Below, in pieces: positions 1-13,740 of a stretch of DNA of 64,000 nt; positions within the stretch are counted from its first letter, which is position 1, and each line of letters starts with the position of its first letter. The notes beneath the pieces were generated by a model. The model ran no database searches, was not told the origin of the DNA, and was given only the letters and a program-made list of their open reading frames with translations. The DNA comes from the human T2T-CHM13v2.0 reference genome, Homo sapiens. The stretch lies in NCBI RefSeq assembly GCF_009914755.1, contig NC_060928.1; one strand, written 5' to 3'. The translations under genes and the position numbers were made by a program.

Positions 1-300
1 TTAAGAGGTGAGGCTTTTAAGAGCTGATGAGCTGATGAGGCCCTGAGGGCTCCTCTCTTGTGAATGCAATTAAGTCCTGTATGGTAGAGGCTTCACACAG
101 CATTCAGTCCCATACAACTTCTGCCACGTGAGCACATGGCACTCCTCCCCTCCGGAGGAGCTGCCCTCACCAGATGATTGAACCTGCTGGTTCCTTGATC
201 TTGGACTTCCCAGCCTCCAGAATGGTGAGAAATAGATTTCTGTTCTTCATAAACTACTGAGACTCGTATTCTGTTACAGCAGCGCAAGTGGACTAGGACA
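1..300 (+). mobile_element. MaLR LTR 3' part (MSTD/MLT1A-like), cut by window start
   Basis: Contains cttggacttcccagcctccagaa..gagaaatagatttctgttcttcataaa and ends in gactaggaca, the typical MaLR LTR terminus. Confidence 0.8.
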
Positions 301-410
301 CTGCCTCTCTCCTAGGTTCTGGTGGTTGCTGGAAATCCGTGGCCCCCCTTGGTTTGTAGATGCATCGCCCCATTTCTGCCTTCATCTCTACCTGGTGCTC
401 TTCCTATGTG
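301..410 (-). mobile_element. MLT1 (B/C-like) LTR fragment
   Basis: tgcctctctcctaggttctggtggttgctggaaatcc..ggtttgtagatgcatc matches the same segment of the MLT1C-like copy at 48115-48200. Confidence 0.65.
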
Positions 411-1714
411 AGCAGGTTGAGTGGGGAGGGGAACTCACAGTTTCTCTTTTGGTCATTTTAAATAAGATTTGACTGTTAGACTCAAAGCAGTGATATCAGT
501 TACTGTAGGAGAGCAGAGAAAAAAGAGTCAGATCACAGCTGGGAAGGTTTCATGGAGAAAGGGCTAAGGATGGATAGAGCTTTGGCACCATCAAATGTCA
601 GGCTCCTCTGAGACTCCCAAGCCATTTGGATAAATAAATGGATAAACAAGTGTGTTGTAACTACAGAGAAACATTTATTGTTTTTCCCTTCACAGAGGGG
701 AAGATTACCAAGAAATTATTACTTGTTATTCTGATCAGTAACTTTCACCATTTCCAGACGGAGCTGACAGCTACCCAGCAGGGAATGCTGAGTTAGAAAT
801 ATCCCTTGCTTCCCAGTAAAAGAATTTCTTTTTCTGTCTCTGCTAAGACAGCAGGTCTCTACTGCTGTTGGTTTAGTCTTGCCTGTGACCTGCAATATAA
901 AATGAAGATAATGGGGAAAACAAAATCACTGGATTGGAAATGACTCTTACTGCTACCTCGGCATGATTAGATATGATTTTAGGAATCTGCAAAAAATTCT
1001 AGTCTGGTCGTGTAGCTTCCTTGATGAAAGACCTTTACTTGCTTCCCACTGCTTTTAGACATGAGACTCCAATCCTAAACTTTGCCAAGAAGAGCTTGCA
1101 TGTGCTGGCTTGGCCTAATTCTCTCTTCTCTGCATTCCAGTCTCAGTGGCCTTCCTTTATTTCTCATCCGACTTCCTAACACAACTTTCTCCCTTTTGAC
1201 TTAAGAACTTTGTATGTATGACAAGCACCTCCCTTGTAAACTTGAGCTTTTTTCCCCCCTCCCTCTTCAATCTTGTTTTTTATTTATCCTCCAGGTGACT
1301 GAAGTGCCTAAGCTTTTAAGGGGCATCCTAACCTATTCCATCCTTGTCACTTGGTATTCCCCACTCGTCTGCTGCTTCTTTCTGTAATGACTTTCAAAGG
1401 AATAAGTAGGTTTTGATGGTGAATCTTTTGTAAACTATGAAATTTTATGATATTCTCTGCATCACCACTAGGGGGAGGGCTGCCCAAGTTTTATGGTTCA
1501 GAGCTTTGGTTACAGCTTACCTGATGGAATGAAGTCCAAAAGAAGAAAGTTAAGGACAGCCGCCCAACCACAGTGGGGAAGCCGGAGGGGAAGGCAGTGT
1601 TAGTGCTGGAGCATTAAATAAATAAAATAACACAGGGCAAAAAATTAGAGGAATGGTCACTGGTGATTACAGATGTTAGAAACGTAGCATTAGTTGTTTA
1701 AAAATGGATAATAA

Positions 1715-2106
<392 letters not shown>

Positions 2107-2261
2107 TTATTTACTATTTCTTGTTCCCTCTCTGCCCCACTAGAGGAAACTGAAGAGAATCACGTAGAAAATTCAACTGGGAATTATGTAAGACTTTTAA
2201 TAGAACTGATTTTTGGTGGAGGTGGAGGGTGGGAGAACATAACAGGGCAAGAGGGTGGTGG

Positions 2262-2420
2262 TGAAGAGCTTGGACTCTAGTGCTGGCATCTTTGCATTTG
2301 ACTCCCAGCTCTATTATCAATTAGTTGGCTTACCTTGGATAAGTTACATTACTTCTCTATACCTTAGTTTTCTCATCTCTAAATTGAAAATAATATTAGT
2401 CCTTAGAGGGTTATTGAGAG
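2262..2420 (+). mobile_element. MIR SINE fragment
   Basis: Core motif accttggataagttacattacttctctataccttagttttctcatctctaaattg. Confidence 0.7.
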
Positions 2421-2439
2421 AAGCAATAACAGCTGAAAA

Positions 2440-2640
2440 TGTCATGCTTATTACGTATCAGACATTATCTTAAGCACTTTATATCTGAATCCTTTAGTCC
2501 TCACATCAACCCTATGAAACAGGGATCATTGTTATTATTATTATCTCTATCTTACAGCTGAAGAAAAGGGGGCATAGAGGAGTTAGAAATTTGCTAAGGT
2601 CACACAGCTAGATGTGACAGAGCCAGGATTCAAGCCCATC
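2440..2640 (-). mobile_element. MIR SINE
   Basis: Reverse core tcctcacatcaaccctatga..gctaaggtcacacagctag..gagccaggattcaagccca. Confidence 0.75.
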
Positions 2641-4645
2641 AGGTACTTAGTGCCTGGTTTAACTTAGGTACTCAACACACATTAGACATTATTCTGCAAT
2701 TTCCTGGCTAATCGCTGCCTAGCTGTAGTTGTGGTTTAACAGTCAGGCATCTATTTTTCATCATCTCACTTTGTGTGAGAGGATGTAGGGAGGGAGTGAA
2801 GCCTGGCAGAGGAGAAACCACCCAATGCTTGGTAGGTGCAGCTTCATGACTGGTTTGTCTTGCTTTGTGAGAGGATTCTGGAATGTTTGGGATATGAGCA
2901 GTACTATTTCAGAGTCCACTTGTATGCCAGCCTGAGGAAACTGGGGCATCCTATTTTTGTGTAAAACATACCATTGTTGCTTCACTTCCATGAGGCCTGA
3001 GAGGATCACAGTGCTGTCTTGGCACCCCCAAGCCCCTCAGCTCACAGTTTGGGGAGGATGGAACCAGGTTCCACCTTGAGCCCCCAGGTGGATATCTTTG
3101 TTCTCACTGAGGACTCTGGAGGCAACAATGTGCAGAAGCTGTTTAAAGGAATAGGATTTCAACCAGCATGCTGAAGGGAAACAAGAAAACCCTTTATGAG
3201 AACATGTCGCCCACCCTGGGGACCTCTAGAAATAGAGAATTTAGAATTGGGAAACCAGGAGACTGTTAACATGTGGGTGAGATCAACAGGCATCCAAGAG
3301 TGACTGCCCTCAAAGGGAACACATTCAAACAGGCTATTAGGCCTTGGGTAATAGGATAAATATGGATCTATTTCCTTCCAATTAAGCTATTCTCTCTATT
3401 TTATGAAAGGGATAGGCCTGATATATTGTATAGTATTTATTCTCTGGGACGTCCACCTCATATCCCTCAGGAATCTGTCTTCTTGCACCAACGTTTGATT
3501 GATTTGAGAGGTGGAAGCTATAGACAGATACCAAGTTGTAATTCAAGTTGAATTTATCGCTCAATCTTTACACAAAATAGTAGTCAACACAGGTTTTGAA
3601 AACATATTCTCTTAGGAGAGTTCCTGATGCTGTTCTATGGGATTTACTATATAAATAAACAACAAAAATCAATATTATTAAAAATCAATATTTTAGTTAT
3701 TTAACTGACTGGTGTGTCCATCATTTAGAAACAGAAGCATATGCTTGGAACCTATATGTATCCTCAGTATGGGCATCTGTGTTACCTTCTAGAGTGAGGA
3801 CAGGTCAGCATCTGCCTATCTGGTTTTATATGATGCCCAGAATCCTGCAGGTTGTAGATGGATGCTCTGTTGGTATTCTTTGAAGATAACGAGGCCAGTG
3901 ATTTCTTTCCAATCACTCACTAGAGAGTACATTTGGAAAATATATCTAACTCTCCCAAGAACAAATGACCTATGAGATGGGAAAGACTGAGTTTCCTCTG
4001 CTAGAGACATGGATCAGAAGGACACATAGCCAGCTTCAGAGGGTAGAGGGATGTCAACATGTACTTGGTTGCCACAAAGTAATGTTATTTCTATTGAATT
4101 TATTCTAGTCTGGTCAAGATTAATAAATTTATAGTCAGTGTTTCATTGGCATACTAAAGATGTAGGGCAGCAAACAATAATTTCTCTCCCCTTCTTTCTG
4201 TCCCCTTTCCAGAACGACAATTTGTTCTGGAATGTGACAAAGATGCAGCAGGATTGTCTAAAACATGGTAGGAGTTAGCTGCTACAGCGAGGGTTTGTGA
4301 ATATTCTATCATATTGAGGAAACTTTACCTGTGAAGTTGCTTCCAAATATTCATCAGTCCCTGGTGTGATACAATGGCTCACTGCTATTGAGGGTAGATA
4401 AACTGAAAATGATGCCCCCATGTTTGAAAAGCTTTAATACAAGTATACACGGAATTATTAGTAAGGTTGGATGAGAAATGCTGGTAGTTTCATTGAGCCT
4501 TCCCAGAGCAAAAATTTCCCATAACAATTTTTAAAACAATAAAACTCGAGCCCTTAAGTATAAATAATACCTAACATGTACTGAGGGCTTTCATCTGTGC
4601 AAGTAGACAAGTACATCTGAGAAGTGAGCCAAACAACTTGGCATC

Positions 4646-4989
4646 TGCAATAGACTAAATGTTTGTGTCCCCCTCAAATTCACGTGTTAACTCTTAACCC
4701 ACAAGGTAATGGTGTTACAGGATAGGGCCTCAGGAATTAAATGGGATTAGTGTCCTTCTTATAAAAGGGACTGTAGAAAGCTTCCTCCTCCCTTCTGCTG
4801 TGTGAAGACCAGTGAAAAGACAGCTGTCTGTGAACCAGGCAGGCAGCAGGCCTTCAACAGACACTGACTCTGTTGGCAGCTCGATCTTGGACTTTCAGCC
4901 CCCAGAACTATGAGAAATAAACTTCTGTTGTTTATAAGTCACCCAGTCTATGGTGTTATGTTGTATAGCAGCCTGAACAGACTAAGATA
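4646..4989 (+). mobile_element. MLT1A-family solo LTR (MaLR)
   Basis: Starts tgcaatagactaaatgtttgtgtcccc and ends cagcctgaacagactaagata; aataaa poly(A) signal near 4916. Confidence 0.85.
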
Positions 4990-5984
4990 GTATGTTTGTT
5001 GTTTTGAGTTGTACAACATTAGGCAGGCTGGGTTTGCAACTCTGATACTAAGCATTTATTCTTGCATTGGCTGCTGAACATTCAAGCATGAGGAAGAAGG
5101 CAAGTTGCTTTTTTCTACACTGAAGTTCTGTTCCAATTAAGCTTGACTATGGGAACATAAGTACAGTTAATACACAGCCAAGAGACTTAAATAAACAGAT
5201 TGTAAAATAGTAATAATAGAATTTTACCATACAAATTTTAATATTGCTTTGCTTTTCCTGATTTTCTTTTTTTCTTTTTAAATGGGGCTTTGTATTTAAC
5301 ATAGTTTGAGCAATTTATTAAAAATAAGTAAGTCTGGGGTCGAGAATAGTATGGTAAAAATTACATTTCATTGGAACTAGACTTTAATGGACAGATAGCA
5401 GTGTGAAAAACAAAATCAAGTCAAAATCTCTCTGGGATAGAATATCCTTCTTTGTAAAATGTAGAGAGCTAGACTAGACCATCTCCAAGGTGCTGTTTAG
5501 TACTGAATTCTATGATTTATAATGTGGGATATATATATATATATATTTGTCAGTTAGGAATTCACCAGAAGTGCTATTATGACTGTTTTGCCTGGACATC
5601 TGACATTCCTCAAATGTAACTCACAAGAAGTATCTACATGGCAGTGCTGATCCACTGATTAATATACGAGAGGAGCAGTACTAGAAAAGGAACACACTAG
5701 ACTTTAATTCACAGCTGAAAGTGCAAATACAACATCACAGGCAGAGACAATTATGGTTGAGATCCTTAGAAAAACAAACAACAGTTAAAAAACAGTCTGT
5801 TAACGCATCAAAGTAGACATTGCTGGGAGAAAAAAATCATATTAGCATATATACACTGGCATCTTAAAAGTGGCTGGAGAGAAGAGAGAGTAAAAGAAAA
5901 GGAAACATAAAGGGAGAGAGAATAGGGTGGGAAGGAACAAAGCCATGAAGGGAAGGAGGGTGCAGATGGACTTTGTTGTGACTA

Positions 5985-6480
5985 AGAGAATGAATGGCTT
6001 TTGAATCCATGAATTTGATGCTCAGCTCTGTCGTGATATATTCCTAATTGTGTGACTTCGGGCAGTTTCTTTTTTCTCTGAGCCTGAGTTTTCTCATTCA
6101 TAAAGTGTGTCTAATAATACCTTGTGTCTATTTTCTTACCTCATTGCAATGTTATAAGATGACACAGATAAGCACTTCACTAAGCACCTGGTCACATCTC
6201 TACAGGCTTTAGCTGTTATTAGTATTGGTGGTGGTGTTGTTGTGAGGATTAAACGTAAAATGAATCTGAATTTCTTGAGCAATTTCTGGCACCTGGTAAG
6301 CAGAAAATGGTAGCAAAAAACATTGATTGATAATGTGTTAATAATGACCTCTATTTATTAAGCACTACAACCTGGCAAGGTTGGATTATGACATCCACTT
6401 TATGGGTGAAAAAAACTGAGGCATAACAGTTAACTGACCCACAACCATACTGCTGGGAAAGTATGTGTTCAAAGATGTTA
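5985..6480. mobile_element. Cluster of MIR fragments in both orientations
   Basis: Forward core tgtgtgacttcgggcagtt..ctctgagcctgagttttctcattcataaag; reverse core ccactttatgggtgaaaaaaactgaggcataacag. Confidence 0.6.
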
Positions 6481-6639
6481 TTCTGCGTAGCTAGACATGT
6501 GAATGTTCTTTTTCCTGCAACATTGCCAGGTACCACCTTTGGCTCATCGATATTTAATAGTTTATTTATTTATAGTCTATAATAACCTTGTGAGGTTAGT
6601 ATTCTGCTTTTCTTCTATAGAACATCCCAGAAGGATGAT

Positions 6640-7022
6640 TGTATTAGTCTGTTCTCACATTGCTATAAAGAAATACCTGAGACTGGGTAATTTATAAAGA
6701 AAAGAGGTTTCATGGGCTCACGGTTGCACATACTGTACAGGAAGGAAGATGCTGGCATCTAGTTGGCTTCTGGGGAGGCCCTAGGAAACTTACAATCATA
6801 ATGGGAGGTGAAAGGGAAGCAGGCATGTCTTACATGGCCAGAGCAGGAGCAAGAGATATGGTGGAGGGAGGTGCTACACACTTTTAAACAACCAGCTGTC
6901 ACCGTACCAAGGGGGTAACCCACCCCCATGATCCAATCACCTCCTACCAGGCCCCAACTCCTACACGGGGTATTACAATGCCACATGAGATTTGGGCAGG
7001 GATACAGATACAAACCATATCA
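6640..7022 (-). mobile_element. MSTA-type solo LTR (MaLR)
   Basis: tgtattagtctgttctcacattgctataaagaaatacctgagactggg...caaaccatatca; perfect 5-bp TSD atgat (6635-6639, 7023-7027). Confidence 0.9.
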
Positions 7023-7114
7023 ATGATCTATCCATAATTCTGAGATTTCAATGCGTCCTCTCCACATAGGCATGAGTATTACATAAACTATTAAGTATAT
7101 AACCCTCTGCAGAC

Positions 7115-7441
7115 CAGTATTATTTAATGGAAATATAATGTCAGCCCAAAAGGAGCTGTGTATGTCATTTAAAATTTTCTAGTAGCCATATTAAAAAAGT
7201 AAAAAGAAACTAGTGAAATTTTAATAATGTATTTTACTTAATACAGCCAAAGTATTTTCACTTAAATATATGTTCAATATAAAAATGACTCACGACATAC
7301 TTTACATTCCTTATTTTCTTGTGCTTAGTCCTTGAAATTCAGTATGTGTTTTACACTTACAGCGTGTGTCAGTCTAGACTAGCCACATTTCAAGTGCTCA
7401 CAATTCACAGGTGGACAGTGGCACCATGTTGGATTGTGTAG
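7115..7441. mobile_element. MER33-like hAT-Charlie non-autonomous DNA transposon
   Basis: aaattttctagtagccatattaaaaaagtaaaaagaaac..ctagccacatttcaagtgctca; degenerate 8-bp TSD ctgcagac/ctttagac. Confidence 0.8.
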
Positions 7442-9463
7442 CTTTAGACAATTGTTTTGTCAATTTCGATGCTTCTCCAGCCTATGGAAGGCATTGAAGT
7501 TGGAAGCCACAGCAAGATTGTCATAGTATAACAAAAAGGAAAAATGTGATCAAAGATTTCGCGAATTAATCCTGTCAATGAAATTTTGAACTACACTTGC
7601 TAACTTATTTTGCCCTTAAAGAAAAAAAAGTGTTTTATTCACTCAGGACAGGACTTTGGTTCTTTTTTTATTTTTGTAACTGCATTTTTTTTAAAATGTA
7701 GGATTTCATATGGAGCAGAAGTAAATATTTAGAATTCATTTACCAGATATTTAGGGAATACAAAATAGGGAGATGGGAGAATGAGAATTGTGAGGATGTC
7801 ATCAAAGCTTTTTATCAGCAAAGCTGTCACTATTTATAGAGACGTAATCTGACAGGCACTACGTTGAGTTTGCTTTGGTTGAGAGCTTCCACTTGTGAGG
7901 TGATTTTTATGAACTCAACTCAGAAATTCATGAGAAAAGGCAAGAGACTATATCACATGCTTCTTCCTCTTTTATTTACTGGTCGCTAGAACCAGATGTC
8001 AGAACTCTTAAATTTGGAGATTTTTAAGTCCCATGATGAACTAGATAATAGTTAAAGTTGACAGTAAGGACTAAAGAGTTTCAAGAAAATGCTAAACATC
8101 TGTCATTCAGAAGCCACAGTTATGTAATACTTTACTGGAATGTTTAATAGTTCTAGAGAGCAGCAGTGGTTACCTAACAGCACCTTCCAAAAAACCTGAA
8201 CAATAACCAGCTCCGTTTTTATGTTCATAGGTCAAGCAACCAAAATACATGTTTGTGCCTGAATTGTATGTAACAATCTTAGGTGTATACACTTGTATAG
8301 GTTAGTTCCTTATTTTATATCCCTTACTTGACTTTTTTTCATCTACACTATTGCTTTATCAAACTCTCTTTATTTTTATTATAATTCTAGAATAATTAGA
8401 AATAGTAGTAATTAAATTTCTGAAATCTGCCTGTGTAAAGTCAAGTAAGAGCATTTCAATTCTATCAGTGTGGGTGTTAATTATTTTAGGCAAGCTGTCA
8501 TTTAGGCTTTCTAAAGTGGGTTTTGTTCTTGCAGTCAAGAACATTGCTTAGTGCAGAATTAATTAATCATTATAAATATAAAACGTGCAGTATCAGCTCC
8601 TATGTTCAGAAAGGTTTCAAGAGGCAAGGTTGAAAGAGTCAACAGGCTGCTAAAGGGAATCTTATCATACGCCCTCACCCTCAATCTGATAAAAGGACAA
8701 TTAAACTATGTACTCCATCTTTTCGTAGGCCCTTACTTCAAGTATTGGTTCAAAAATTGGAAGCGAATACTTTTTACAACACAGAGGATTTTTGTTTCCT
8801 TTTATGGAATATCTTCTTTTAAAGAGATTTTTAAAAATAAGATTACAAGGAAATGGCTGAAAATTGAAATTTGCTTTGGCTAAAGGAAGATCTTAAAACA
8901 AAACAAAACAACAAAACAATTTTATTCTCATAGCACTATGATGAATAGAACATATGTTTTCAGTGGGCTCTGAATTTTCCCAAATACCCAGTAGCTACTT
9001 AAGAAATATTCTATACAATGGCCATAATAATTTTATTCCTCACAATAAGGCTCACAGTCATTTTGCTGCAGGAGGAAAAGCTCACTTTCTGCATCATGTT
9101 CTTACTGTTTTTTAAAATAATGGCTCTATGATATTGTTTCATTTCTCTGCCCTACAGTGAAAGCTAAATTCTACCAAATTAAACTGGAATACATTGACCA
9201 AAACACAGAGATCATAACTATACAGGTGAAGAAACATGTTGGCATAGTGATCTAGATAACAATATTAATGAACATTAATTAACTGACTACATGATAGCCA
9301 CTCCAGATGCTTAAATATTATTGCTTAGGATAATTGCTTTGTATATAATTATTTCATTTGTCTTTACCACTCAGAGGCAAAGGGTGTTCCTCAATACAGA
9401 AACATTTGCATAATTTTTTATATTACATTGCTAATATTTCAAAATTTTAAAACTGTCTGTTTA

Positions 9464-9780
9464 GGCCTGACTCAGTGGCTGACACCTGTAATCCCAGCAC
9501 TTTTGGAAGTTGAGATGAGGGCATTGCTTGAGTCCAAGAACTCTAGACAAGCCTGGGCAACATCACAAGATGCTGTCTCTACAAAAATAAAATATTAGCT
9601 GGGGATGGTGGGGCACACCTGCCATCCTAGCTACTTGGGAAGCTGACACAGGAGGATTGCTTGAGACCAGGAGTTTGAGGCTATGGTGAGCTACAATTAC
9701 ATCACTGCAATCCATCCAGGGAGACAGAGTGAGACCCTTTCTCAAAAACAACAACAATCCAGCTGAACCAAAACAAAACA
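9464..9780 (+). mobile_element. Old Alu (AluJ)
   Basis: Diverged dimeric Alu with J-type aggattgcttgag and gaggctatggtgagctacaatt; A-rich tail. Confidence 0.9.
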
Positions 9781-9864
9781 ATTTTTTAAAAGTATATTTA
9801 TTTACAAATGTGTGAGCATTTGATCTTCACAAGGTACTCTCCTAAGAACAAGACAATATGCACT

Positions 9865-10023
9865 GCATCTCAAACTTGAATGTATGCATAACAGCTCAAT
9901 CTTCTTGTCACACTGCAGATTCTAACTCAGTAGGTCTGGGTGGGGCCTGAGATTCCGCATTTCTAACAGCCTCCCTGGTGATATCCACGTGGCTGGCTTG
10001 AGTACCACACTTTGAAAACAAGG
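9865..10023. mobile_element. MER5-type hAT-Charlie MITE
   Basis: agattctaactcagtaggtctgggtggggcctgagattccgcatttctaacag..accacactttga. Confidence 0.75.
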
Positions 10024-10426
10024 ACAGAGTCTATAGCTAGAGCAATTTTGATAATAAAGGTCAAAGGACCATGGCATGATTGTTCTGGAAAGCTAATTAG
10101 TCACTGCAGCTTTGGGAAACAGGCCAAAGACTAACAGTTGAGTTGGGCCTTGAATAATGACTAAAAATAAGTGTGTGTTGGGAAGTTGCTTAGTATGTTC
10201 TTACTGGTTAATAAGTTGGTAGAAAAGATGTAGAATGTGTTCATGTTGTAAACCACATTGGGATATCCGCAGGGTGTTCAGCTCTCTCAGAAGAGGATCA
10301 TCAGGGATCTGTTTGTTTTATTAGTATCCACACCTGCATCTGATGTGGCCTTCCAGTTGTTCCTTCTTCAGTAATGGTAACAGGAGCATCTACCTACATT
10401 TGGGCAGGTGGTGACTGAAAAGTGTG

Positions 10427-11079
10427 GAGAAATAGGAACACTTTTACACTGTTGGTGGGATTGTAAACTAGTTCAACCATTGTGGAAGTCAGTGTGGTGA
10501 TTCCTCAGGGATCTAGAACTAGAAATACCATTTGACCCAGCCATCCCATTACTGGGTATATACCCAAAGGACTATAAATCATGCTGCTATAAAGACACAT
10601 GCACACGTATGTTTATTGCGGCACTATTCACAATAGCAAAGACTTGGAACCAACCCAAAGGTCCAACAATGATAGACTGGATTAAGAAAATGTGGCACAT
10701 ATACACCATAGAATACTATGCAGCCATAAAAAATGATGAGTTCATGTCCTTTGTAGGGACATGGATGAAATTGGAAATCATCATTCTCAGTAAACTATCG
10801 CAAGGACAAAAAACCAAACACCGCATATTCTCACTCATAGGTGGGAATTGAACAATGAGAACACATGGACACAGGAAGGGGAACATCACACTCTGGGGAC
10901 TGTTGTGGGATGGGGGAGAGGGGAGGGATAGCATTAGAAGATATACCTAATGCTAAATGAGGAGTTAATGGGTGCAGCACACCAGCATGGCACATGTATA
11001 CGTATGTAACTAACCTGCACATTGTGCACATGTACCCTAAAACTTAAAGTCTAATAATAATAAAATAAAATAAAAAAAA
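10427..11079 (+). mobile_element. 5'-truncated L1PA 3' end (L1PA3-like) with ORF2p C-terminal remnant
   Basis: ORF 10609-10851 MFIAALFTIAKTWNQPK..SLIGGN is the L1 ORF2p C-terminus; 3'UTR and A-tail present; TSD gaaaagtgtg at 10417-10426 and 11080-11089. Confidence 0.95.
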
Positions 11080-11244
11080 GAAAAGTGTGATACCATCTGT
11101 GCCATACAGAGCATGAACTATGCAAGCACCCACCATTTTTTAGTTTATTTAAAAATATATCATTTTAAGATTAGCAGCACTATAGTTATGTATCTAATTA
11201 GATTTTATTTGATTTGGCATCCAATTTTTAAAAACCTATCTTTT

Positions 11245-11948
11245 AAAAATTTATTATACTTTAAGTTCTAGGATATGAAATATATATCCTATATATATAC
11301 ATATATATATATATATATACATGTGCAGAAGGTGCAAGTTTGTTGCATAGCTATACACGTGTCATGGTGGTTTGCTGCACCCATCAACCCATCAACTGCA
11401 TTAGGTATTTCTCCTAATGCTATTCCTCCGTTAGTCCCCCACTCCCCGAGAGCCCCAGTGTGTGATGTTCCCCTCCCCGTGTCCATGTGTTCTCATTGTT
11501 CAACTCCCACTTATGAGTGAGAACATGCGGTGTTTGGTTTTCTGTTCTTGTGTTAGTTTGCTGAGAATGATGGTTTCCAGCATCATCCATGTCCCTGCAA
11601 AGGACATGAACTCATCCTTTTTAATGGCTGCATAGAATTCCATGGTGTATATGTGCCACATTTTCTTTATCCAGTCTGTCATTCACGGGCATTTGGGTTG
11701 GTTCCGAGTCTTCGCTATTGTGAACAGTGCTGCAATGAACATATGTGTGCATGTGTCTTTATATTAGAATGATTTATAATTCTTTGAGTACATACCCAGT
11801 AATGATATTGCTGGGTAAAATGGTGTTTCTGGTTCTAGATCCTTGAGGAATCACCACACTGTCTTCCACAATGGTTGACCTAATTTACACTCCCACCAAC
11901 AGTGTAAAGGCGTTCCTATTTCTCCACATCCTCTCCAGCATCTGTTGT
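11245..11948 (-). mobile_element. 5'-truncated L1PA 3' end (older, L1PA6/7-like) containing a (TA)n run
   Basis: Reverse L1 3'UTR and ORF2 end (ORF 11500-11682 ..KTKHRMFSLISGS); (TA)n at about 11280-11320. Confidence 0.93.
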
Positions 11949-12800
11949 AAATATCTATTTTTAAAGCACGTCTCAGTTGCGACCATTCAGAAGTCAAACC
12001 AGGTTGGCACACTGTAACTCACTGGAGCCTAACTTGAATATATTTTGATGTAATCAGCTAGGGGGAATTTGTGAGTGACCTGTCTCTAATAGCCTTTTAA
12101 AAATTTGTTTTATGTGTTTTGTACTTCTCGAAGACTATGTCTATGGTCTAATGATATAAATAACAATTTTTACTAGAGAGAGTTCTATGGTCTTCGGGTA
12201 AAAGTTACTGCTTCTGATTTTGCAAAAGAGGCATTTTTCTAGGATGAAGTGCCCCTTTATTTACATATTGCATCTGTAAATTATGATTTTTTTTCTCCCA
12301 AAGTCACATCTATTCTGAACTTCTACAAAGGATAGTTTCAGGTCGTTGCTTTTTTTTCCTAGCGTTGGTTTACTGACATTTATTCACAAACTTAAATGCC
12401 TTCATGGTTCCTCCTTGTCCGTTGAAAAGACTCTACAATCAAGGCTCTTCATAGTATGGTCTAAGCTTAAACTTAAATCCAACTCTAGAATTTCCTATCC
12501 TTTCTCTTCCACCCCCATATACTGTGTACCTAATGATGTTGCTCTTGTTCTTTTTGCCTCGAATAAGTCCTTTAATGGTATGGTCTGACTTGAAGACATT
12601 TTGAAAGACCAGTCCAGAGCCAACTTGAAGCATGTGGTGATTGGGAACAGGAGGGGAGGGGACTGGTGACTTTCAGAGCCTATATAGAAGCTGAATGGGA
12701 GGAGCAAGTAGCCCCTTCATCGTCATCTCATTGACTCTATGTACAGGTAGCTCAGAGATGGAGAGTTCTAAAGATTTAGGCAGCAAATGCAACACCAATT

Positions 12801-13102
<302 letters not shown>

Positions 13103-13189
13103 GCAACATCAATTACTTATGCCTATAACTAACAGTTAAAGACTTAAACCTCAAATGCCTGTGGTCTATAGCCTGGTGGAACTTTTGTT

Positions 13190-13740
13190 TTAACACTTAT
13201 TTTAAGTTCGGGATACAAGTGCAAATTTTTCACACAGGTAAACTTGTGTCATGGGGATTTGTTGTACCAATTATTTCATCACCCAGGTATTAATCGTAGT
13301 ACCCATCAGTTGTTCTTCCCAATCATCTCTCTCCTCCCACCCTCCATCCTCTGAAAGATCCCAGTGTGTATTGTTTCCCTCTATGTGTCCATGTGTTCTC
13401 ATCACCTAGCTCCCACTTATAAGTAAAAACATGCAGTATTTGATTTTCTGTTCCTGTGTTAGTTTGCTAAGGATATTAGCTTCAAGCTCCACCCATATCC
13501 CTGCAAAGGACATGATCTCATTCTTTTTTATGGCTGCATAGTATTCCATGGTGTATATGTACTACATTTTCTTTATCCAGTCTATCATTGATGGGCATTT
13601 AGGTTGATTCTATGTCTTTACTATTGTGAATAGTGCTGCAATGAATGTATGCATGCATGCGTCTTTACAACAGAATGATTTATATTCCTTTGGGGATATA
13701 CCCAGTAATGGGATTGCTGGGTTGAATGGGATTTATATCC
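13190..13740 (-). mobile_element. Older L1PA 3' end (L1PA13-16-like)
   Basis: ggtaaacttgtgtcatgggg..tatttcatcacccaggtattaa..tacccagtaatgggattgctgggttgaatgg. Confidence 0.85.

Noticed and set aside
2262-2680. Opposed MIR fragments (and facing L2 tails near 49100-49450) as miRNA-like hairpins
   Set aside because: The copies are too diverged and too far apart to give a compact pre-miRNA stem by eye
10609-10851. ORFs with real protein similarity (also 11500-11682, 23154-23432, 24514-24756)
   Set aside because: C-terminal remnants of L1 ORF2p in 5'-truncated copies; not independent genes
10417-11948. Single twin-primed (inverted) L1 insertion as explanation of the L1 pair
   Set aside because: Both arms carry their own 3' tails, cover the same L1 segment and differ at subfamily-type sites, and the + copy has its own TSD
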